DNA of 64,000 nt from Octopus sinensis (taxonomy: Eukaryota). The first letter of the stretch is position 1. Every line of letters starts with the position of its first letter. The notes beneath the pieces were generated by a model. That model was not told where the DNA came from. It made no database searches and saw only the letters and a list, made by a program, of their open reading frames with translations. The stretch lies in assembly GCF_006345805.1 (NCBI RefSeq), contig NC_043005.1:36084001-36148000 (forward strand), written 5' to 3'. Below are positions 51,784-64,000 of this stretch, piece after piece. The position numbers and the translations under genes were made by a program.

Positions 51784-52730
51784 GATCTCTGTCAAGATCC
51801 TTCCAGTAGAATATGACAATTTTTATACCAATACCCAAATGTCATATCTATCCTAGCTGATTTTTCCATTCTGAAATTTTGCAAGAACTGTCAGGCGAAT
51901 TTCATATTAATAGCCTTCTTTAACCATACTGTTTTGTGACAGTATGGTTAACTATGATCACTTTCGTTTTGGCCATGGTTTCTACTTTTAGCAATTCTCT
52001 GGCGGGCAAAAAAGAGTGGACAAGTGAGAGAAATATTTTATGAAAACGTTTGTTGGCTAGTTTTGTTTCTAGGAGTACCACAACAAAGGTACCTGGCTGG
52101 TGTCGCAACATAGGGTTAGAATGCGAGTAACTTCGGTATTTTACATCCAAAGAGCATTTAATATTCATCATGTAACCAATCCCAAGATCCTCCTCAGCCA
52201 ATTTTTAGAATTGGTGCAGATCATAGATCATAATTCAATACAAAAGTCCTCTGGAATATCCTTTAATAATTTAGCGACAGTCTTGAGTCTCATAATGACG
52301 TATTTTATAGAAATAATCTACGTGTTATGTTACCAGTTTTATTCTACCACTTGGTTACTGCTGCTATCATCTCTCCGAATAGGCGCTTCTGTACGTGTAT
52401 TCAAAGAAGATGACCATTTAAACAATTATCTGAGGAGATAGTATTCATAATACGACTCTGTGAACAGTCTGTCCTCTACGTCGACTTAACTGACGTCGAT
52501 CTCATGTCTGTCTGTCTGTCAGTCTGTCTGTATGTATGTATTTACATATGTGAGGTTATGTGTATGTATGTATATGTATATGTGCGTATGTTTGCATGCG
52601 CATATGTGCATATGTATGAATATATGTATATGTATGTACGTGTTTGTATGTACGAGTATGTTGTTTATATATATATGTGCGTGTGTGTGCGTGCGTGTGC
52701 CTGTATATATATATGTACATGTAGGTGTAC

Positions 52731-52762
<32 letters not shown>

Positions 52763-55316
52763 ATGTGCGTGCGTGTGTATGTGCTCGTATATGTATGTAT
52801 GTAAAAGCAAGTAAGGTTCAAGACGAAAGATCTGTACAACTGTTAGAACAAGCTCCGTTCCTGCTTTTTGCGTTCTGACGGCAAAACCTTTGACGACAAT
52901 GGTACCAAACTCTATCAGCCCTGGCGTTCTCTTGGACAAGGCAGGAAGAGCGAAAGAGGAAACTAACATGCATGCACCACTGTTTGTGCTACAAAAAGTA
53001 AGATTGCCCGGGAAATGAAGCTTAGAGAGAAACTTCCCATGTGTAGAAACCCCTGGGTAGTGCAGACCGAAAGGGACCCCAGTTCCCCAGGTGTATATAA
53101 ACATATGTACTTACATACATGCATGCATATATGCATAAATACATACATAAACGTGAATATATACATTTAAGTATATACATACATAAGTATACATACGCAC
53201 ATACATTATACATAATCACATGCCTACATACATGCCCATAACTTTAGAGAGAAGTTGAGAGAAGTTCCTTGGAGAAAACGTTAGTAAACATTAATGATGC
53301 AAAGGTAAAAAATAGATTGAATCACCTGATCCAGAAGTGATAAATTTCTGGAACTCCATAAAATAAAAAAAAATATAAAACATTTAGAATATGGACTTAA
53401 ATTCACACCAACTTCAAAAACCTGAAACAACTGATCGTATTAAGCTTTCTGAGGAATTTTATAGAGAATTTCGACTACAGGAATGTTTCCAAAAGAAGGA
53501 TTATAAAGAATCATCATCATTTGTGAAAACAAAACAGGATTTAAATCTCCAATGAACAGGAATAAATTCTTCGAGAAATTTATAACGTGTCTGAAAAGAT
53601 CAGCGAACCCAATCATTCCAGCAAATCGTATAAAACCAAACATTACAAATGAAAGCAAATGAAAGTATTGAAAAATATACAGAAAAATTCCTCTACAGTC
53701 ATGAAAGAAGCTGACAAAGGATGAGCCATTGTTATAATGCACAAGTTCCATTAGTGAGGAATGGTATTAGAACAATAAAATGATCAACATTAAGAAAAGT
53801 TAGAAACCAATGTAGACGAACAAAGAAGAAACAAAACTGGTAAATAATTTAACAGAAAAACAGTTGGATTGTTTAAATAGTCGAGGCAAAAACAAACAAC
53901 TTCTATAGAGGACCGAAAATTCATAAATCTGAAGAAATCCTTAGCAGCCTAAAGAACCTCTATCTTATGTGAAGATTTCAAAAGTGCCTGAATTTATTAT
54001 TACGTACAATTGTTGTAGGACCAACATCAAGCACTCAACGATTAAACAATCTACTGATTGAATCCATTATGGAAATTGGTTCCAAGTTTCATCAGAGGTG
54101 ACGGAGAGATTAAAATCATATTCCAAAAAAGAGTAAATATTTAGACGATTCTGGTTACTTCTGAAGTGGCCAGTCTCTACACAGAGGCTGGCCACTTCAG
54201 TAACATTCCGGACAGACAAATATCAATCGAAAATTCAGTCGAGATTCTTAAAGGAAACCATATTAGAAAGATTACAGTTGATGTTAGGAAACAACTTCTT
54301 TGTTGTAACAATCAATATTACCTTCAAATACTTTTACAAGACTTGTGGGGATTCTTAGAAGAAAAAAAATTTCGATTTGGAATTTTTTTTATCAGAGTTT
54401 CAAAACTCAATTCGAAAGAAAAGTGAAAATGATTTTTCTATGATTCATATTTTGGAAGAGAAATAAGGAAGATCTTAATAACATTCATTAGACGATCAGA
54501 TTCACAATGGAAACTTCCGTTTCTGGACATTTGGATAATTAAAGAAAATATGATTATAACAACTGAAGTCTACAGCAAAGACGGACATACACCAATATTT
54601 AAACTTTAAATTTTCTCATCTATCGCATACTAAAAAAAAAATATGCTATTTAACGCGCCCGATTGTTGTAGGACCAACATCACACATCCAGCTATTAAAC
54701 AATCTGCTGGACATCATATTGGATCCATTAAAAAAATTGGTTTCTAGTTACATCAGCAGTGACATGGATATTTTAAACCCTATTCCATATGAGTAAATAC
54801 AGAGACGATCCTGGTTAGTTTTGAGGTGACCAGCCTCTACGCAAATATTCCGCATGAATTAAGATAAGAAGTAGTGAAATTCTGGATAGACAAATAGCTA
54901 TCGATAATTCTGAAGGACTACAACTGATGCTGGAAAACCTTCAAATACTTTTGAAATGCTGGGATTCTTAGAAGAAAAATTCGATTTGGAATTATTTATG
55001 ATCAGAGTTTCAAAACTCAAATTTGAATGAAAAGTGAAAGTGATTCTTCGATGACTCATATTTTGGAATACAAATATGGAAGATCTTAATAACGTTCATT
55101 AAACGATCAAATTCACAATGGAAGTGAATGAAAGGAACCTTCCGTTTCTTGACATTCTGATAATTTATGGAAATATGATTATTAAAGCTAATCTCTACTG
55201 CTAAGATAGACACATATGAATATTTAAGCTTTAAATCTTGTCAGTCATTCACTAAAGAAACGGACTATTTAATATGGTGAGATGTCTATGTGCAATAGTT
55301 AACGATTTAATTACAC

Positions 55317-55426
<110 letters not shown>

Positions 55427-55493
55427 AAGAAAGAACTAAACACTATTCCTCTACTGATAAAACTATCAGAAAGACTTTATAAATAATGGTATA

Positions 55494-55875
55494 AAGGCTT
55501 GGCTGTGTGGCTGAAAAGCTCACTTTGCAATCATGTCGATTCGGGTTCACTTGGGCAAGTGTCTTCTACTATAGTCTTGAGCCGACTAAAGCCTTGTGAG
55601 TGGATTTGGTAGACGGAAAACTGAAAGAAGCCTGTCGTCTATATATATGCACATATATTTATGCGTGCGTGTCTGCGTCTATGTTTGTCCCCCACCATCG
55701 ATTGACAACTGATATTTGTGTGTTTATGTCCCCGAAACTTAGTAGTTCGGTAAAGTCACCGATAGAATAAGTAGTAGGCTTACAAAGAATAAGTCCTAGG
55801 GTCGATTTGTTCAACTAAAACTATTTAAGGCGGTGCTCTAGCATGGCCACAGTCAATGACTGAAATGTGTAAAAG
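55494..55875 (+). mobile_element. SINE family A nested in the PLE
   Basis: Head TGGCTGTGTGG...GGGTTCA, CTTGGGCAAGTGTCTTCTACTATAG block and GGCGGTGCTCTAGCATGGCC tail. Confidence 0.85.
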
Positions 55876-55917
55876 TATAATATATATATATATATAATAT
55901 ATATATATATATATTAT

Positions 55918-55949
<32 letters not shown>

Positions 55950-56309
55950 ATATATATATATTATATTATTTATATATATATATATAATATATAATATATA
56001 TATATGGGTGTGGGTGTGTGTGTGCATGTCTTTGCGTTTGTGTCACCTGGTCTTTGCGGCACCTGAGCATGGCTGCAGTTCGGTGACTGAACCAAGTAAA
56101 AGAAAAAAGATAAGAAAAGCCTAACAAATCCCAATACCGCACTAATGAATAAACTTTTACGATGAGGATGAAATCACAGAAATATTCCATTTGTAGTCAA
56201 CGGCAGTCATAGAAACCCCATCCTATAGTCCACAAATCGAAGCATTCCTATTCTATATCAAGCATTAAATCCATGTAAAAGATATTAAAGAGCCTATAAA
56301 TATTGATTT

Positions 56310-56520
56310 CAAATTTTGGTACAAGGCCAGTAATTTCTAAGGAGAAGGTAAGTCGATTACATCGACTTCAGGGCTCAACTGGTACTTGTTTGTCGATCCT
56401 AAATGTGGTGGAAAGCTAAGTCGATCACAGAGGAATTTGAACTCGGAACACAAAGACAGACGCAATGTCGCTAGGCATTTTGCATGGCATGATAATGATT
56501 CTGTTTGCTCGCTACCTTCA
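56310..56520 (-). mobile_element. SINE family B nested in the PLE
   Basis: GGAATTTGAACTCGGAAC and GTCGATTACATCGAC body motifs. Confidence 0.7.
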
Positions 56521-57164
56521 AAGAGCCTAACAATTATTAACAGTCAAAGGCAACCGCCAAATCGTAAAATAACAAAGGTAAAAATTCATTTACAGCGGAA
56601 GAAGTTATGCGAGACAAAATTGTGTAAAACCTTCGTTGTGGGACGCGTGATTTTATTGAACAGGGTAAAATCAAAAAGTTCAACAATGGCAAAAGAATTC
56701 AAGATTAAAGAAAATATGAATTACAAAACGAAGCACAGTAAAACCATTGTGATTGACTGCGTTAATTGTCTGCAATATAATGAGAACAAATCGGTGAATC
56801 TGGAACAAAATTAATGGAACGTGTCAGGGTAAAATGGCCTAATAATTGATTACTAGTCTTTTGCACGTCGTTACATCTGTACTGAAAGCGACAACAGAGA
56901 GAGAGAGAAAGAGAGAGGTATTGTTTAGGAAATTTACCTAGTGACCTATGCGTTAATTCTTCATGCTTTCCTACCATGCATATTCCATAAAAGCATTACC
57001 ATGTTAGAAAAATATTAAGATTTGTTAAAAAACAAACCCGGAAATGAATTTGCATGTACGTGTATTGTATGCGCGTGCGCATGTGTTTGAGTGCGTGCGT
57101 ATGTGCACGCATGCGTGCGTGTCCATATATGAATGTATGACTATATCCGAATTCTTTCACGAGC

Positions 57165-57212
<48 letters not shown>

Positions 57213-57213
57213 G

Positions 57214-57284
<71 letters not shown>

Positions 57285-57932
57285 GTGTGTCTGTCTATCT
57301 GTGTGTGACGAAGCCACCTTCACTATGATCCTATGAACCGTAAAATTAATACAGATTTGCTTATTTGTAAAAAAAAATATAACATGTGACTTCATTGACC
57401 GAGGTTACCGTGGTCTTTTCCGTAGGCTTTTCTTTCCACGGGTAAACCTCACCTGTCTTCCCCTTTACACTTTATATTGACATTTCTGTGATAACGATCC
57501 CTATTGATCGATTTTTCTTTTCTTTTTTTTTCGTTTTTGTTTTCCTTTCCTTTTTCTTTCCCTTTACGATCCCTTTTGATCGAAAACCAAACCCCTTTTT
57601 TATCCCCAAAAAGAAAAGCTCTACCTTGTAATTTGCCCCGTCTGTGTGCTGCCCTGTGTGGCTAATAAAGAAACATATCTGTGTGTGTGTGTGTGTGTCT
57701 GTCAGTCTATATGTATGTACGTACGTATGTATGTATGTATGTATGTATGTATGTATGTATGTATGTATGTATGTATGGATGGATGTACAGTTATGCTTCA
57801 AACCATGCAAATCGGCAGCAGAACTGAAGAGTCACCTGAAAGGTCATGAATAGAAAGTTAAAAATGTCATTGACAACGAGCAAACCAGAGAGACAGCAAT
57901 CATTTGTGAAGAAGGAGCAATCACAGTGTATA

Positions 57933-57983
<51 letters not shown>

Positions 57984-58394
57984 GTGTGTGTGTGTGTTAT
58001 GCAGAGACTCATTCGGGTCTGTATAAGTTCCGAGTATTTATGTTCTCCCAGCAATCTCTGTGACGGTATGGTGCCGTAGTCCATTGGTAATCTTCTTGCT
58101 TTTGAACAACATCGGTGGTATACCGAAAGGTATTGTCTATATTTAGATAACTGCAGACTTTCATACAAGAAGAAATAAAGAAAAAAAAACAGAAAAATCC
58201 CACGCATGCTCTTTGGAGAGTAACTTTTCATATGCAAATCTGTATTCTCACTAGACGTGGGTTTTGAAAGCTTGAGCACAAAAAAATCTCCATCTCTTAC
58301 ATAAGTTCTGTGTCGTTTTTCAAAAGTTTTGTTTTGAAGAAAATATTTAATATCCAAAAGTATATTGTTATAGTTTCGGGAACTTATCTTTCTG

Positions 58395-58476
<82 letters not shown>

Positions 58477-58704
58477 GATATATATATACATATATATATA
58501 TATACATACATATCTATATATGTGTGTATATGATATATATGACACAAACACACACACACACACACAGAGGCGTTATTTGCTTCCTGATCATAAGGCCCCA
58601 GGTTCAGTTCCACTGTGTCATGCGCAAGTACCTTCTAATATAGCCCCAGGCCGACCAAAATCTTCTGAATAGATTTGGTAAATGGAAACTGAAAGAAACC
58701 TATC

Positions 58705-58740
<36 letters not shown>

Positions 58741-58741
58741 C

Positions 58742-58965
58742 GTAACGACAGACGAAATACCTATTTCTTTACCACCCACAGAGAAGACAAACAAGGACCG
58801 GCAAACGTAAAAAATCGATTATATCGACCCAGTGCGTAACTGGTACTTATTTAATCGATCCCGAAAGGATGAGAGGCAGAGTCGACCTCGGCGGAATTTG
58901 AACTCAGAACGTAACGGCAGGCGAAAAACCGCTTAGCATTTCGCCCGGCGTGCTAACGTTTCTGC
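58742..58965 (-). mobile_element. SINE family B with the start of a second tandem unit
   Basis: CAGACGAAATACCTATTTCTTT junction, the same as in the 1-718 array. Confidence 0.8.
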
Positions 58966-59159
58966 CTGCGATAAACACAAGTTAGTTCCAATGTTCGTTT
59001 CACCATTATGATAACTTTGATGCCTGCAGTTAATGTTCCCAGTGCATTTGGATGCTTAACCAGTATGATTGATCAGGGAACACTTTAATTCATTAATTTA
59101 CTGAGTACTAATGACATTACTTCTCTGGTTGTGAAAGGTTAAGTCTTTCTAATGTGGAT

Positions 59160-60250
59160 TCGTCAGAGAGTGAATCAATGGAATTCTTCGATAACATAGA
59201 GAAGGAGCTGCCAAGAGGAAAAAGGATAATGAATAACAGGAAACGTATCAAAAGTTTTGCGGCTGCGGCGGGCGCTTCGAAAGAGGAGATAAAGTTTGAA
59301 ATGCAGGATTTAATGAAGTAAAAGGACCTGCTAAAAAAGGAGGGGCACGAGATTGAGATGACCCCCACCTCCTAGTAGAGTTACTCTGAATACGTCGTAG
59401 AAAGGAATAAATTCTGAAACGTTTGTAGTCAAAGAGAAAAGGATAGATGTGGCAACAAGGGTTCAAATCGAGAAGTGTTTGGGACCCATCTGGTCGGAAA
59501 TTACGTACCTGGTCAGGGGTAACAAATATGCTCCTGTGAAAGTGCATTTTCAAATACTCCGTAGGTTCCCTGAAGACGGATAAAGTGATTCTGCTGCCAT
59601 CATACCTTGGAAGGCGAATTTTTAGGGTAAGGATCGAAAAAATCCCACCAGAAAATGGATGTTGCTTGGCTGGCAGCGGCGATAACATTAGGCTTGGAAG
59701 AGAGGATAACAATCCTCCAAGCATCAAGAATACCAAAGCAGAACTGGCTAAGACAAGGGTTGGAGATGATCATTCAGGCTATCCAGGAGAACATAGAAAG
59801 TATTGTGGACACCATTTTGGTGGGTGCAAGAAACTGAGGTTAGTGGTGGAGGGCAGAAAGCCCCGATGCATCAAGTGTGGCCAGAAAGGCCACATAAAGG
59901 CAGAATGCCCTCCGTCTCCCGCAAAAGCACCGGTGGTACCTCCAGTGGTGAAGGAAACCGCACCTCCACCTCATACGGTGACAGACGCAGAGACGGAGGA
60001 GAAATGTGATGAGAAAGAGATAAGGCAACAGAAGTGAACGAATGGACCAACGTTTCCAAGAGGAATAGAAGAAAGAGGAGGAATAACCACGCCACGGATA
60101 CTAGTACCCATCCTACCCTACAGACACCATTCCCAGCAACACCAGATACTGATCCAGAACCTGCACACACAAATACACTTACAAACACACAGGAGCCTAA
60201 AAAACGGCTTTTGTATTGTTATATGGGGCAAGGAAAACAGCACTAGTGAA
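59160..60250 (+). mobile_element. Tx1/L1-like ORF1 remnant with CCHC knuckle
   Basis: ITYLVRGNKY, ILLPSYLGRRIFRVRIEKIPP and LVVEGRKPRCIKCGQKGHIKAECP. Stops and frameshifts are present. Confidence 0.75.
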
Positions 60251-60901
60251 AAAGGTAGAACTAAAGTCAGTCAAAAGGGTGAACCTACCGGTCGTGGGTA
60301 CTTCCTCTTATATGAGTCGAAACGATCGTAGTGAATAATAATAAAGTCTCGCGATTCCATTTACTTTCTCTCTTACATACATACATGTGAAATACGCATA
60401 CATACATATGATATACGTATAGATACATATATACATACACACACACATACATATACACACACATATATGTGCGTATGTGTGTTTGGGAGAAGTAATAGAA
60501 TTAATAGAATTGAATACTTATTAATCAAAATTTAATAGGAGACGCTAAAGAGTGAACACCACTTAATATATTCTAAGTATATTGTAATATATATTTTTAT
60601 TCGTTTTGCATCTAATTCACATTTCATATTACATTATTTTTTATATTCAAACTTACTTTCATCTAAACTTCTTGCCATTTACACTTGGTAGTAGTAGTAG
60701 TAGTAATAGTGTGTGTGTTTATGTTTGTGTATATATATATATAAACATATACATATACGTATATACACGCATATATGCATATATATATATATACGTATAT
60801 ATATATACACATATACATAAATATATATATATACATACATACATACACATATACATACATATATATATGTATATATGAATATATATATATATGTATATAC
60901 A

Positions 60902-60948
<47 letters not shown>

Positions 60949-60957
60949 CACACACAC

Positions 60958-61000
<43 letters not shown>

Positions 61001-61406
61001 TACACACACACATATATATGTATATACATACACACACACATATGGGTGAGTGGACAAATAAAAAGTAACATTCAAAATATTTGTTTAGAGCTACATGTGT
61101 CTAATAGCAAGTTTGAATTTACATTATTTAATTTTTTTTTCGTGAGCGTAGGACGCCTCCTCCACATGAGATTTTCCGATGGAAAGCGAAGAGAATTTAA
61201 AAATGAATTTTGAATGTCTTCTGGGTATTGAGGACTCCATTGGTCAGTCGACTAGTTTTTGCCATTACAACAACGATAGGTATCGTTAGATTCACTTGTT
61301 GCGCAGGGGAGATGTTGGCGACAGCTTGGCGGCGTTCTGTAGGAATACAAAGATTTAGCGACACCAATTCTTTACATTGCATAGCACAGGTGATATAAAC
61401 ATTTAC

Positions 61407-61497
<91 letters not shown>

Positions 61498-61498
<1 letters not shown>

Positions 61499-62046
61499 GG
61501 AGGTACGACGACGAGCTCGGGGCAAACCTGGGCGTCGACGAGGAATACCTGACCCGCCTGTTTCAAACGACTTTCGGCCCGGACCTATGGACAACTTCCA
61601 GAGATCCCTGGCCTGCGGTGCTACCGAGAAGCGCTACCCGTTCGGGATAAGCTCTATAGGCATGGCTCGAGAAACACGGGGCCGACCTGCCCGAGATGCG
61701 GGCAGAGCGACGAAACCGCTCTGCACGCAATCGTGCAGTGTCCGCAATTTCCCACCTGTGGGCTTATGTCGAACGACTGCTGTCACGTGTGGGACGTGTC
61801 GGTTTATCAGCCGAGTCTATCGTTAATATCGTCACGCCTCCTTCCTTCAAACGGGAAGGAAGAGCTATTTTTATCATACTTGTAGCTATGGCGAAAGAAT
61901 GTATCTGGTGGACGCGTCTGAAAGGATTAGAGACAAACACTTTCCTCTCTGGTCAATCTCTCATCAACTTCTTCAAGTATACTTGAAGAAAAAAGTGAGA
62001 GTAGAGAGGCAAGTTTTGTCTAGTGAATGTTTTAAAAAAAGATGGT
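61498..62046 (+). mobile_element. L1/Tx1 ORF2 C-terminal zinc-binding region (5'-truncated)
   Basis: YREALPVRDKLYRHG, TCPRCGQSDETALHAIVQCP and AKECIWWTR. Begins right after (TCTA)n and runs into the gap. Confidence 0.8.
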
Positions 62047-62146
62047 NNNNNNNNNNNNNNNNNNNNNNNNNNNNNNNNNNNNNNNNNNNNNNNNNNNNNN
62101 NNNNNNNNNNNNNNNNNNNNNNNNNNNNNNNNNNNNNNNNNNNNNN
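62047..62146. other. Assembly gap (100 N)
   Basis: Run of N. Confidence 1.
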
Positions 62147-62287
62147 GCAGATCATGTGTGTATCTTCCACAAGAAAAGCGACACAATCGACATTTTCGGT
62201 TGCATTTTAAAGCTCCAAGGAATTCACTGTCACTTGAGTATGTATGTACGTATATATGTACGTACGCATTACATAAATATGAATCTA

Positions 62288-62452
62288 GGAGTGGTTGTGT
62301 GCTAAGTAGCTTGCTTACCAACCACATGGTTCCGGGTTCAGTCCCACTGCGTGGCATCTTCGGCAAGTGCCTCCTACTATAGCCTCGGACCGACCAAAGA
62401 CTTGTGAATGGATTTGGTAGACGGAAGCTGAAAGAAGCCCGTCGTATATATG

Positions 62453-62507
<55 letters not shown>

Positions 62508-62712
62508 TTGTGTGTCTGTGATTGTCACCCCAACATCGTCTGACAACCGATGCTGGTGTATTTACGTCCCCGTAATTTAGCGGTTTGACAAAATAGACCG
62601 ATAGTACTAGGCTTACAAAGAATAAGTCCTGGGGTCGATTTGCTCGACTAAAAAAGGCGGTGCTCCAGCATGGCGACAGTCAAATGACTGAAACAAGTAA
62701 AAGAGTAAAAGA
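62288..62712 (+). mobile_element. SINE family A, full length
   Basis: GGAGTGGTTGTGTG...GGGTTCAGTCCC head, internal (TA)(TG)n and the GAAACAAGTAAAAGAG tail. Confidence 0.9.
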
Positions 62713-63142
62713 GATAGACAGACAGACAGATAGATAGACAGATAGATAGATAAATAGATAGACAGATAGATAAATAGACAGGTATATCAAATGTGTATTT
62801 TTGCATGTTCCTACATAATTCTATAATGCCGTCTACGAATATTTCATGAGTAAAACTTGAGTCATCTGTCCCTCTGCTACGAGTTATAATACATTCAGAT
62901 GTGCGTCTAAAGAATCAAAACATTGACGAGTACTGTTGGGTGATTTCAAAGTGAGGTGTATGTAACCTTTTGGATTTGTGCACATAGGTACACGACAATA
63001 CGTCGAAGCATGCTGAAATACACCGGCAAGAAGAATCCATTCCAGAATCCTCTCTTATATGAAGAATATCAGATGCAAAAATTTAATCCATTCTATAAGT
63101 TGGAACTTTATCCATATACATACACACCACACACCTATACAT

Positions 63143-63184
<42 letters not shown>

Positions 63185-63344
63185 TTGTGTTGTGTGTGTG
63201 TGTGTGTTGTGTGTGTGTGTGTGAGTGTGAGTGTGTGTGTATTTATATGCATGTAATATTTACCTTATTTGGATATTGATTTCTTTTTTTCTATCTTATT
63301 TCTGGTATTATTTGCAACCATGCATACAATATTGCAACAAACAA

Positions 63345-64000
<656 letters not shown>

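Noticed and set aside
56386-56814. 142-aa ORF as a host gene
   Set aside because: Its N-terminus is antisense SINE sequence and the rest is the PLE linker/GIY-YIG remnant.

Overview
AT-rich, microsatellite-saturated eukaryotic DNA from a scaffold assembly, with a 100-N gap at 62047-62146. The SINE families and repeat composition resemble octopus/cephalopod genomes (inference, not verified). I find no supportable host protein-coding gene: most long ORFs in the track are translations of (TA)n, (TG)n, (TATG)n, (TATC)n and TC-rich tracts. The non-microsatellite content is almost all decayed mobile DNA: several tRNA-derived SINE families, two Penelope-like elements (PLEs), R4/Dong-type and HERO-type restriction-like-endonuclease (RLE) LINE fragments, CR1/L2-group, RTE and L1/Tx1 fragments, and Helentron-like non-autonomous elements. 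Most interesting: (i) five hammerhead-ribozyme (HHR) cores, one inside a small unit built as tRNA-like head + (AAT)n + HHR that sits head-to-head with a second tRNA-like head (35213-35590); (ii) SINE multimers sharing one junction at two loci 58 kb apart; (iii) a Tx1-like ORF1 with an apparent promoter and 5'UTR intron but no ORF2; (iv) local rearrangements, including a 1.2-kb palindrome, an inverted filler between 95-bp direct repeats and microsatellite-bounded tandem duplications. Clade calls come from hand translation and motif recall, and element boundaries are approximate.
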